The position numbers and the translations under genes were made by a program. DNA of 64,000 bases, from contig CAZEPS010000001.1 of assembly GCA_964514165.1 (NCBI GenBank), positions 1,800 through 65,799 on the forward strand. Direction: 5' to 3'. The DNA is from an uncultured Leptospirales bacterium (GTDB taxonomy: Bacteria; Spirochaetota; UBA4802; UBA5550). The notes under the pieces were generated by a model that searched no databases, was not told where the DNA came from, and saw only the letters and a program-made list of their open reading frames with translations. This document shows, in pieces, positions 10,594-19,578 of the stretch. The first letter of the stretch is position 1, and each line of letters starts with the position of its first letter.

Positions 10594-10770
10594 CTAATAA
10601 TGTCTCCTTGCAAGAAATTTGACCCTTATCTCTCCAGCGATCCTTTTTAATGTCAACCATTAATCAACCGGTTTCCTCTACAGGAAAATATTCTGCCAAC
10701 ATGGTTTTTTGTTGCAATACCACGAAATAATAAATATAGTGATTCATATTCAAACTCTGGACGTGCGGCT

Positions 10771-13700
10771 GTGGCTACGGAAAAAAACTTTTTACAGACA
10801 GTTAAACTAGAAATAAGTAAGAACTTTAAACTCCTCCCCTACGAAAGGATAATTTTTCACCGTATTCTTGGAATCGCCAAATCCGAGACGGGCTTCGGGA
10901 TCCTGGTGAAAGACCTCTCCAAGGGTTATGAAATCAGGAGGAGCGCCATTTCCGTCCTGGTGAAATATTACAAGCCGGAGGTGCTGGACCACCTTTTCCC
11001 CCTGCTGAATAAAAAAATCACCGAATCGGAAAAGATTGAAATCCTTGCCAGTGTGGAAAACCTTGCAGGGGAAGAGATTATTCCCCCTTTCCTGGAATTC
11101 CTGGAACAGCACCTGACGGAAGGAAGCCCCGAATTTGTCACGATCAAGACCTTTTCGGTTCTGAGCAGGATCGGTAAAGACTCCACGGACGTTCTGGAAT
11201 ACCTTCTTGGAAAAGCACGGACCGAAAATATCCCGATGCATATCCGCACCCTTGCAATTGAAGCGATGTCATCGTTTCAGCGGATCGGCATATTCGAGGA
11301 ACTGTTAAAATTTGATGACGATGAGATAAACTACGCTGTCTACAAGGCCCTCTACCGGATCATCAATTCAGAGATAGAGAAACTCCAGACCGTCAGATCC
11401 GGTGAAGACCGGTTGTTTACCTATTCGCCAGACAACGAAGACAGGGTGATACTGGAAGCGAGGGTCCTCCTCGGGAAAATGGCACACCGCTTCGACAGCC
11501 ATTCGAATAAGACAAAGGTCGCCTTTATCAACGCCACGCTCTCCTGCAACCACCGGGAATTCATCATCTACGCCATGAAGGCCCTGACGTCGGCTGATCC
11601 TGAGCTGATCAGCATGGTTCTCTTTTCCCTTCATACCAACGTCGACAGGCTCCGCGATCCGGACAAGCTGTTTCGCAACCTCATAGCCCTTTCAACGGAA
11701 CGGGAGCGTGATAATGAGCTTATTGTCGGAATCATCGTCAACTATTTCAAAACCGGTAAGGAGACCAGGCAGTTCCATATACTTCAAGACAAGCTTTACG
11801 GCTACATAACCGTGACCCTGGAGACCTACTTCGAAACATACCGGAAGGATTTCCTGATAACCGACGTTATTGAAAAGAGTTTTCCGGAAAGCTTTCAGAA
11901 GATCCGCAGTTTTATTTTGGAATATTGTACCCCTGACCTTAAAAAGGAAATAGTGAATTTCCTGGTCAACGAAGACGCTTCCCTCATCAACCACATACTC
12001 ATGACCCTTGGTAAATGGATAACACATATCGAAGAGAACAGCCAGGAGCACCTCGGTCTGCTCATTGAGATCATGAACGACACGGACAAAAAATCGAGGG
12101 AAAATTCCGCTTCCCGGATTGAAGACATTAATTTCGAAAAGCGGTATCTCAGAAACAGGATTGTCCGGCTGTGCAGAATCATCGAAGAGCTGAACATCAT
12201 TGAGGCCGCCTCACCCCTTGTGAACATATACAACTATTTGAAGAAGTATCCTGACGAAAAAATTCTGCTGCCGGTTATTCACACCCTGTCGGCGCTGAAC
12301 TATTCCTACATGCTCGGTGAGATAGAGATAATGCTGACGACCGGAACCGAACGGGAGCAAAAAAACGCCCTCTCCCTCATATCCCTGTTCACGGAGCAGC
12401 GTTCCCTGAATATCCTCCTGGAACTCATTAAAAACAGGCTTGCTGAAGACTCGAAACTGGTTGAATTTGCCGTTTCCATCCTGGTAGAGAGGGAGATCAA
12501 GGACAATGTTACCGCGAACCAGCTCTTCAAGGCAATCCTTGAATCAAACGAAAACCGGCAGATCCGCGCCATGGCGGTCCTCGGGATCGGGAAATGCGCC
12601 TTTGAGACTGACATTGAATACCTGAATTCAATATTCTTTAAGACCGATGTCGTTGATTCCAAGGATGTGGTAGTCCGCTCCATTGGATCAATCATATCAG
12701 CCGATTCGAACTACAACAGGCGTCAGCTGATAAAGAATCTCCAGGAATATTTGAAAGATCCGGGCATCACGGTGAGGATTTACTCCTGCCTGCTGCTGGT
12801 AAAACTCGGCCACCAGGATGCCATGCGGTACATACGGGAGATGCTCATCATAAAGAACAAATCGATTCAACGGGACATTTTGAGCATTCTTGGGAGTATA
12901 CAGAACCTGGAGTTCGCGTTCTTCCTGCTTACCCTCCTGACCGAGGAATACGGCATATCCCGGGACATTCTGCCTGTTCTGGAACGGCTCCCGGAGGAAG
13001 ACATCAGTGAAGTGGATGGTTTCGTCGTCAATCTCTTCCGAAAGTTTGAAGCCCCGGAAATGGCAGGGGTCACGACACAGCAGCCTGAAAGAGAAACACT
13101 TTCTGTGGAGGGCCTTCATGAAGATGAAAAAACGGTCATGAAAATTGACATTTTTCACCAGGAGGAAAGCAGGGAAGATTCCATATCAGAAACAATCCGG
13201 ATGAATTTAACTTTGAAAAAGCTTGTTTATGAAACCATTAACCAGAACAAGGGAATTATAACCAGGAAATCAAATACCGTGATACTTGCTTGTTTTCATG
13301 ATCCGGTAACAGCCGCGGAAACTGCCCTGCATATAGTTAAAAACATAAAAAATTTCAACAACACGAAAATTACCGATAAACGATACAATATCTTTCTTCA
13401 GCTTGCAACCACGCCGGTGAAAATGATAAACGAGGAGCTGATTGAATATCCCGAATACCAGGTACTCACCTTTGATAATCTCAGGCTGCACAATACCGCT
13501 CTCATGGACGAAAGAACACGGGAGCTTATCGAAAACAGGTATATCGCAAAAAAAATCCCCGAACTGGCCATTACAAGTGATCTCGATTACATAGACTACT
13601 ATGAAATAATCAGCCCGGTGAATTTCACGGCTGTGTCTGAAAGGATGCTGAAACTTGTCGAGGAGAAAAATGAACAGACCAGGGTAATGCAGTCTCAGCT

Positions 13701-13929
13701 TGAAGAAGAGCTGAAGAAAATGAAACGCCAGCACCGTTCAGCGTCATCCGCGGCAATCGCGCGGGAGCTTGACAATATCGGCAATAAAATCCAGGGCCAG
13801 CTGGATGAAATAGAGCGGTACGTCCAGCGCCGTTCCACCGACCGGGAACTGATAAAAAACGTAAGGAAGATGCTCTCGAACGTCCACAATCTCTACAAGG
13901 TCGAAATATCCCGCATTATCATCGATTAA
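10771..13929 (+). CDS. Very large (1052 aa) soluble helical-repeat (HEAT/ARM-like) protein with a coiled-coil C-terminus, function unknown
   Basis: The single long ORF apparently starts with GTG, since no in-frame ATG occurs for about 150 codons and an in-frame TAA lies at 10648. Leu/Ile/Glu-rich repeats throughout. The last ~80 aa are predicted coiled coil (QLEEELKKMKRQ...). Confidence 0.55.
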   Translation: MATEKNFLQTVKLEISKNFKLLPYERIIFHRILGIAKSETGFGILVKDLSKGYEIRRSAISVLVKYYKPEVLDHLFPLLNKKITESEKIEILASVENLAGEEIIPPFLEFLEQHLTEGSPEFVTIKTFSVLSRIGKDSTDVLEYLLGKARTENIPMHIRTLAIEAMSSFQRIGIFEELLKFDDDEINYAVYKALYRIINSEIEKLQTVRSGEDRLFTYSPDNEDRVILEARVLLGKMAHRFDSHSNKTKVAFINATLSCNHREFIIYAMKALTSADPELISMVLFSLHTNVDRLRDPDKLFRNLIALSTERERDNELIVGIIVNYFKTGKETRQFHILQDKLYGYITVTLETYFETYRKDFLITDVIEKSFPESFQKIRSFILEYCTPDLKKEIVNFLVNEDASLINHILMTLGKWITHIEENSQEHLGLLIEIMNDTDKKSRENSASRIEDINFEKRYLRNRIVRLCRIIEELNIIEAASPLVNIYNYLKKYPDEKILLPVIHTLSALNYSYMLGEIEIMLTTGTEREQKNALSLISLFTEQRSLNILLELIKNRLAEDSKLVEFAVSILVEREIKDNVTANQLFKAILESNENRQIRAMAVLGIGKCAFETDIEYLNSIFFKTDVVDSKDVVVRSIGSIISADSNYNRRQLIKNLQEYLKDPGITVRIYSCLLLVKLGHQDAMRYIREMLIIKNKSIQRDILSILGSIQNLEFAFFLLTLLTEEYGISRDILPVLERLPEEDISEVDGFVVNLFRKFEAPEMAGVTTQQPERETLSVEGLHEDEKTVMKIDIFHQEESREDSISETIRMNLTLKKLVYETINQNKGIITRKSNTVILACFHDPVTAAETALHIVKNIKNFNNTKITDKRYNIFLQLATTPVKMINEELIEYPEYQVLTFDNLRLHNTALMDERTRELIENRYIAKKIPELAITSDLDYIDYYEIISPVNFTAVSERMLKLVEEKNEQTRVMQSQLEEELKKMKRQHRSASSAAIARELDNIGNKIQGQLDEIERYVQRRSTDRELIKNVRKMLSNVHNLYKVEISRIIID

Positions 13930-15410
13930 AAATTCACCGTAACCCCGAGCATTAATTCAATAAGTATACTCCGGGAAGAATGGAATGTTCCGTTTTGTTT
14001 GTCCAGGTACCCCAAATAGGAGGCCATGAGGGGATCCGTCTGATCATAGGAATTGGCAACATTGACGTATCGTGCCAAATCTGATGGATCATTCAGGGCC
14101 TTTACGTCCACCGTCGCGCTGTATCCCCTCTGGGGCAGGAACCCGGCAGCGGTGAAATATACCGACAGCAGATCGCCCTGTTTGTACTCAAGCCGAAGGT
14201 TGCATTCATCCCCGAACCAGGTACCCCCTTTACCCTTCCAGTGAAGCTCTTTCAGGGTCCTGAAATGGGCGTACTTGATTTCCAGTATTATGGTATCAAA
14301 GAGAGTATGCTCAAACTTAAGGCCCCCGCTGTACAGGCCATACCAGCTCGATTCACCGCTTCCACGAATTGCAATCCCCCCGGTATTGTCAACAGCAATG
14401 TCCGTATAGCCGTGGGATGCCTTGATATCCTGGAAGGAGGTTCCGGAATTCTGATTGGTGGGATCCCCGGTTGCTCCCTCACACAGCAATCCGAACAGTA
14501 CTTTCTTAAATGAATAGGATGCCTCAAACTCCCACAAAGCCGCGCTGACATCATGTTTTCGGTAATAAAAGAATAAAACGGAATTATAATCAACAAACAG
14601 GTTCCTGATATTTATTTTTCCATGGTTGTAGATGCCGCCCAGCTTGAAGAACCATTTGCCGAAGACAATCTTGTTATGGAACCCCGCCCAGTGAAGGTTC
14701 GCCTTTCTCACGTCATCGGTGCTGGTTGGGCCGGAAACAAAACGGTCATCTTCATACACGTAATAGAGATTGGCCATGTACTCGGACACCGGTTGAAACT
14801 CAAGTCCGAAAATGAAGATATAGTCCCAGACGTAATCAGGCTGGTCCGACCCCTGGCCGAAACTGTCGTCCGCGTCGTCAAAGGCCATGATAAAGGACGA
14901 ATCAATCAAAAGTTTCTGTTTAAACACCCGGTGCCTGTAGTTTATCCCTGTCGCGTCCCTGGCGAGGATATACCCGCCGGGGAGGCTGAATGGGCGAAGC
15001 CCGGCTGATATCTCCATGTTTTTTACCGGGCGGAAAAGGGCGTAAATGTCCCTGGTGATGAGATTCGTGCTGCCGCTCCCGATGGCAAAATCACCCTTTC
15101 CAAATTTCGCGCTGATGTCAAACACCGTCTGTATCTGGATCTCGGGAATGAGTGTCAGGCCCATCCTGCTCCGAAAAAAAAGGTCCGCAAAAAACACGTG
15201 CTTATAGGCGTCCCGTGAAATGAAGAAATCCGGCACCTTCGTTCTTCCTGAATCATTCCATCCCCGCATCCGCAGAAAACCGGAGATGGACAGTTTTTCC
15301 AAAACAGGATCCAGTTTCGATGTTTCCGCTGAAGCGCCTGTTGCCGATACCGCCAGCAAAACCGCAATAACAGCATATTTGAACAATTTCATATCACGCA
15401 GCTTATTCAA
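13926..15410 (-). CDS. Putative outer-membrane beta-barrel protein (porin-like)
   Basis: Signal peptide (MKLFKYAVIAVLLAVSATGASA), alternating hydrophobic/aromatic beta-strand pattern, and a C-terminal ...GVTVNF ending in Phe, as in OMP barrels. Confidence 0.5.
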   Translation of the reverse strand: MNKLRDMKLFKYAVIAVLLAVSATGASAETSKLDPVLEKLSISGFLRMRGWNDSGRTKVPDFFISRDAYKHVFFADLFFRSRMGLTLIPEIQIQTVFDISAKFGKGDFAIGSGSTNLITRDIYALFRPVKNMEISAGLRPFSLPGGYILARDATGINYRHRVFKQKLLIDSSFIMAFDDADDSFGQGSDQPDYVWDYIFIFGLEFQPVSEYMANLYYVYEDDRFVSGPTSTDDVRKANLHWAGFHNKIVFGKWFFKLGGIYNHGKINIRNLFVDYNSVLFFYYRKHDVSAALWEFEASYSFKKVLFGLLCEGATGDPTNQNSGTSFQDIKASHGYTDIAVDNTGGIAIRGSGESSWYGLYSGGLKFEHTLFDTIILEIKYAHFRTLKELHWKGKGGTWFGDECNLRLEYKQGDLLSVYFTAAGFLPQRGYSATVDVKALNDPSDLARYVNVANSYDQTDPLMASYLGYLDKQNGTFHSSRSILIELMLGVTVNF

Positions 15411-16221
15411 CGTTGTATTTCTTCAGCCAGATGTCTATGATTCCGAGCCTTTTCAGTTCAAAAATGAAGAGGTTTATCTGGTTTTTCATGATTGAATCGC
15501 CAAAGGGGAGCCCCACGCATAACTGGCCAGCCAGCCTCCCCCCTTTCAAAAGCTTGTAGGAATTCCTCAACCGGGCATTGTTGGAATAAAGATATTCCAG
15601 ATACAGGGAATCATGGACAAAACCCTGTACGTCACCCCTGTCCAGGAGTTCCAGTCCCTCGTCATTGGTATTAATCTCTTTCCTCGGCATGTTCGGGAAC
15701 CAGCGTATCAAAACCTGCTCATAGGCGCTTCCCGATTTTACCGCGAAGGTGAATCGATTGATTCTTTTTAAATCCCATATGGTTTGCAGGGGGGATTTTT
15801 CGAATTCCTCGCCGAAATCAGTCTGGGGAAGGACCTGCCTGTTCACCAGGACACCGGGGGTTATGGTGATATAGGGCTCGGAAAACCAGATTTTCTTACC
15901 CCGGGCGAGGTTTCTCGACAGGCCGGCTATGACGATATCGACCGTCCCGTTCTCCAGTGAGGGAATGTACTGCTGCAGGTCCAGGGGAACCAGCCGGGCC
16001 TTGACGCCGAGAAAGGCCTCCAGTTCCCGTATCATCTCTATCTCGAGCCCTTCCTTCCCTGATTCAAAATTCAGGGGCGGATAATCCTTTGAAATGCCGA
16101 TCCGTATTTCCTGTTTATTTATGACTGACCGGTACACTTCCCCGTCGCTGAATATCTTCGCGTCGAGGGGAACGGATATAACCACAATAAACAGCAGTAT
16201 AAATAGTATATTCCTGGCCAT
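15403..16221 (-). CDS. ABC transporter substrate-binding protein, family 3 (amino-acid type)
   Basis: Start moved to the ATG at 16221, which is preceded by GAGGTG 5 nt upstream. Signal peptide, then an SBP_bac_3-like pattern (IRIGISKDYPPLNF...GTVDIVIAGLS...). Confidence 0.7.
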   Translation of the reverse strand: MARNILFILLFIVVISVPLDAKIFSDGEVYRSVINKQEIRIGISKDYPPLNFESGKEGLEIEMIRELEAFLGVKARLVPLDLQQYIPSLENGTVDIVIAGLSRNLARGKKIWFSEPYITITPGVLVNRQVLPQTDFGEEFEKSPLQTIWDLKRINRFTFAVKSGSAYEQVLIRWFPNMPRKEINTNDEGLELLDRGDVQGFVHDSLYLEYLYSNNARLRNSYKLLKGGRLAGQLCVGLPFGDSIMKNQINLFIFELKRLGIIDIWLKKYNVE

Positions 16222-16288
16222 GGGCACCTCGTTACTCTGGTAATATACATACCTTATCAAACAGGAACGATTGCATCAAGGGAATTTT

Positions 16289-17155
16289 TTATTTTTCGAT
16301 GAAACGCCTGCTGAGGTTGAGCTTATGCTCAATTAGCCTGATGGAATTGGTCAGAAAGAACCTGTCGTTTCGGTGCTTCAGGAGAATTGCGTAATGTTTG
16401 CTCGCCAGGGCGTAGTCCTTGAGCTTGAAAGACGTTTCGGCAAAATAGTAATGGAAGGACTTGTCGTAATGCTTCCTCGTGTCAATTGCCTTGAGTGTAT
16501 TCAGGGCCTTGATATACTCCCCCTGGATGAAGTGGATCTTCGCCCTGCCGAGGAGGCCGTTCGGGAACGACGGGTCTATGCTGAGACTGCTGTCATAATA
16601 CTTTTTAGCCAGTTCAACCTGATTCCGCTTGAGAAAGAGATCCCCTATGAGTATAAAGGTATTGAGCTCGCCCCGGTTCCGCTTCAGGGCCATACGGTAG
16701 TATTCGATGGCCTCGCTGTCCTGGTACCACCGCTGGTGGATGTTGCCCATGTGGAGATAGGTCTTCGGGTATTCCGGAACAACCGCCGCCGCCTTGCGAA
16801 AATTCAGGAGTGACTTCCTTAGTTCATCCACATGAAAATAGGCGAGCCCCAGGTTGTACCGGAACGGGAAGAAGAGGGCAACCTTTTCCAGTCCCTGTTC
16901 GAGCACCTGTATCCCCTCATCCCATTTCCCGTCGGCCATCAGATCCGCCGCCCTGTTGTTGACACCGGCGAGATCGCTCTCCCCGGTGCAGTAGAGAATT
17001 CCGCTCTTTTCGTAAATGCTGTGTTCCGGGTATTCCTCTTTCAGATCATCCCTGACCTTTTTCATCAGATAGAGGATCCTGTCATCCTCAGTCTCAAGTG
17101 CGAAAAGTGGCGCGCAGATCAATACTATCAACAGTGAAGAAAGTATCTTCATCAT
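16289..17155 (-). CDS. Secreted TPR-repeat protein
   Basis: Signal peptide plus repeated TPR-like A/Y/L motifs (..YYDSSLSIDPSFPNGLLGRAKIHFIQGEYIKAL..). Confidence 0.7.
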   Translation of the reverse strand: MMKILSSLLIVLICAPLFALETEDDRILYLMKKVRDDLKEEYPEHSIYEKSGILYCTGESDLAGVNNRAADLMADGKWDEGIQVLEQGLEKVALFFPFRYNLGLAYFHVDELRKSLLNFRKAAAVVPEYPKTYLHMGNIHQRWYQDSEAIEYYRMALKRNRGELNTFILIGDLFLKRNQVELAKKYYDSSLSIDPSFPNGLLGRAKIHFIQGEYIKALNTLKAIDTRKHYDKSFHYYFAETSFKLKDYALASKHYAILLKHRNDRFFLTNSIRLIEHKLNLSRRFIEK

Positions 17156-18216
17156 AGTTCCTTCATCACCTCGTGAATCCTGTTTTTTACAAGCAGTTCC
17201 ATGAACTCGTCCCCCATTCTTCTGCTCTCGTCGGCAACGGTTTTCCAGTAGACGATCCGATCCCGATCATGACCCTTGAAGAGAACGAAATCATTCCGGT
17301 CCGGGATCTTCTTCAGGGGAAGCCGCTCTATCATGCTTTTAGAAGGGGACACGATGAGAACATTCTCCATGTTGCGCCTGTCAGCCCTCCTCCACGGATA
17401 GGGCTTGTCAAACCAGCCGGGTATGACCGCGTCAGTGTAGTGGGGATAGAACACGACTGAATCCCCGTTAGTAGAATAGGGAAGATCCAGGTGATAGTCA
17501 ACCATGCCACCGTCGCGATAAACACCGGGCAGGGAACCCTGAATACCGGAAACACCCTTCATCACCAGGGGTATGGAGGCGGATGCCATGAGAGCATTCC
17601 TGAAATTGTCCGGCGTGAGCGTAACCGTATCGGTGGCGGCGTCCAGCATAAAGGGGGGATCGTGACGGCCGTCCTGGAACAGGGTCTGTCTAAAAAACAG
17701 GCGCACGAAGCCCCTGCTGACAAGGTTCGCGGAAGCGGCCAGGAGGAGACCACCAAGGAGGAGAAGTTTTTTGTCCGACTGGATGAATCCCCGGGACCTG
17801 ACAGCGAAAAACTGAAGTCTCATGAAGGGGTGAGAAAGAACTGATAGAATCCCCTGGTCGGTCAAAAACTCGTCCATCATCCGTTCAGTTTCACGGCTTA
17901 TCTCCGCAGAGTCCGGTTTTTCTGAATATCCCTGGCCGAGGTAAATCTCGAGAAAGCGGTTCATTGCCCCGGCCGGATTCTTCTGGGCGTAGGCGGCAAA
18001 ACGCCACGATCCGATCGACGATCCGATGAGAAACAGGGGATATTTCCTCTTCCCCGCAAGTGCGGAACAGAGTTCCCTGTCAAGGCCGCTCAGGATAAGC
18101 CACTTCGGACCGCCGGCCGCGCCGGCTATCACTGCAGCGTCGTCGAGAGAGAACCCCCTCTCCCGGATCCGGGCAAAGGCCTTTTTCCCCGCCCTGACGG
18201 TCATACTTGAATCCAT
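17152..18216 (-). CDS. Patatin-like phospholipase family protein
   Basis: GxSxG nucleophile motif (LIGSSIGSW) and a downstream DGG motif (YRDGGMVDYH) in patatin-like order. Confidence 0.65.
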   Translation of the reverse strand: MDSSMTVRAGKKAFARIRERGFSLDDAAVIAGAAGGPKWLILSGLDRELCSALAGKRKYPLFLIGSSIGSWRFAAYAQKNPAGAMNRFLEIYLGQGYSEKPDSAEISRETERMMDEFLTDQGILSVLSHPFMRLQFFAVRSRGFIQSDKKLLLLGGLLLAASANLVSRGFVRLFFRQTLFQDGRHDPPFMLDAATDTVTLTPDNFRNALMASASIPLVMKGVSGIQGSLPGVYRDGGMVDYHLDLPYSTNGDSVVFYPHYTDAVIPGWFDKPYPWRRADRRNMENVLIVSPSKSMIERLPLKKIPDRNDFVLFKGHDRDRIVYWKTVADESRRMGDEFMELLVKNRIHEVMKEL

Positions 18217-18328
18217 GCTCCGACACTACCCCGAATAAAAACTCATTGCAATAAAATTTTATTGCAGCACAGTTGTAAAAGTTACAGAATATCAGTTTTC
18301 AATCTCATGTTAAGGAACGGCATAACCG

Positions 18329-19051
18329 GTGAAGTTTCACAACAATAAATTCGCTGAGGAATATGACCGCCGCCTTCAGATGGAGGGATATCCGGGCGTG
18401 CTTGTTGATCATGTGAAGAATGAACTATCAGGCTCCACGACCGTTCTCGATATCGGGGCCGGGAGCGGATTCTTCTCCATTCCCCTGGCTGAGCACGGCT
18501 ACCGGGTCACGGCCGTAGAACCGGCCCTGCCGATGATTCGCCTGATGAAAAAAAAGTTATCGGGAAGGGACAACCTCGACCTGACTATCGAGAAGAGCGA
18601 ATGGCTCCAGTGGTCGGGACCAGTCTTTGACAGCGCCATCTGCATTCATGCCATCTATCCGATGGAAGACAAGGAAACGTCGATTCAGAAAATGAAGGAG
18701 TACGCCGGAAAAACCGTGCTCCTGGTCCGTTCAAAGAGGAAGACCAGGTCCATGTCAGATATTTTGCGAAAAGAACTCGGTTTTAGTGACAGCCGGGGGG
18801 ATCAGGACGATGATACCATCAGGAATATACTCAGAACAATAGAGGTCCCATTTCAACAGAGGGAAATAACGGTAAATCGTGAAATACGGTTTAACGATCT
18901 TCATTCCGAGTGGGAGCATTACCGGTTTCATCTCGACTTGAAGGATACAGCCGAAATGAGGGTCAAGGAAATCATCCAGAACTATTCAACACGGGCCAAG
19001 GAGGGATGGATCTTCACCGCAGATCACTGCGATATACTTTTCATATTATAA
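18329..19051 (+). CDS. Class I SAM-dependent methyltransferase
   Basis: Motif I VLDIGAGSGFFSIPLA, followed by an acidic residue after beta-2 (VTAVEP). The first codon is GTG. Confidence 0.7.
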   Translation: MKFHNNKFAEEYDRRLQMEGYPGVLVDHVKNELSGSTTVLDIGAGSGFFSIPLAEHGYRVTAVEPALPMIRLMKKKLSGRDNLDLTIEKSEWLQWSGPVFDSAICIHAIYPMEDKETSIQKMKEYAGKTVLLVRSKRKTRSMSDILRKELGFSDSRGDQDDDTIRNILRTIEVPFQQREITVNREIRFNDLHSEWEHYRFHLDLKDTAEMRVKEIIQNYSTRAKEGWIFTADHCDILFIL

Positions 19052-19221
19052 ACTTTCCAGGGAGTTATTCAAGCACCCGCTAGATTTAACAGCAATTCAT
19101 TCAGCCGATATCAAAACATTCTATACAGTGTACTGTAAGTGTAATTTGATTGCAAAAAAAAGTAATGCTCCTAATATAAATTTACAGAAGAAAGGTGTTC
19201 ATCCTTCAGGAGGGTTGTGTT

Positions 19222-19578
19222 ATGAAAATCGAAGATATCGTTAATCGCACGGAACTGCGCGACCGGCTTGACGGGGACTTCGAACTGTTCATGGAACTGG
19301 CCGATATATTTTTCAAGGATTCAGAGAAGCTTTTGGAGAGGATTTCCGATGCGATCAAAGGCGGGAATCCAGAGCAGCTGAAAAAAGCCGCCCATACCCT
19401 GAAAGGGGCGGTGTCTAACTTTTCCTCGATCGGGGCCTATAAATCGGCAATGGCACTGGAAAACATGGGAAAGGAAGGGGATTTCTCCCGGACCGACGAA
19501 GAATACCAGAGCCTCGTCAAGGATATTGAAAACCTCAAAACGGCTATGACCGCCATACTTGAAGAGAAAAAGATCTAG
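19222..19578 (+). CDS. Hpt (histidine phosphotransfer) domain protein
   Basis: EQLKKAAHTLKGAVSNFSS contains the conserved phospho-His HxxKG motif of Hpt domains. The ATG at 19222 is preceded by GGAGGG. The track ORF begins 27 nt earlier. Confidence 0.7.
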   Translation: MKIEDIVNRTELRDRLDGDFELFMELADIFFKDSEKLLERISDAIKGGNPEQLKKAAHTLKGAVSNFSSIGAYKSAMALENMGKEGDFSRTDEEYQSLVKDIENLKTAMTAILEEKKI

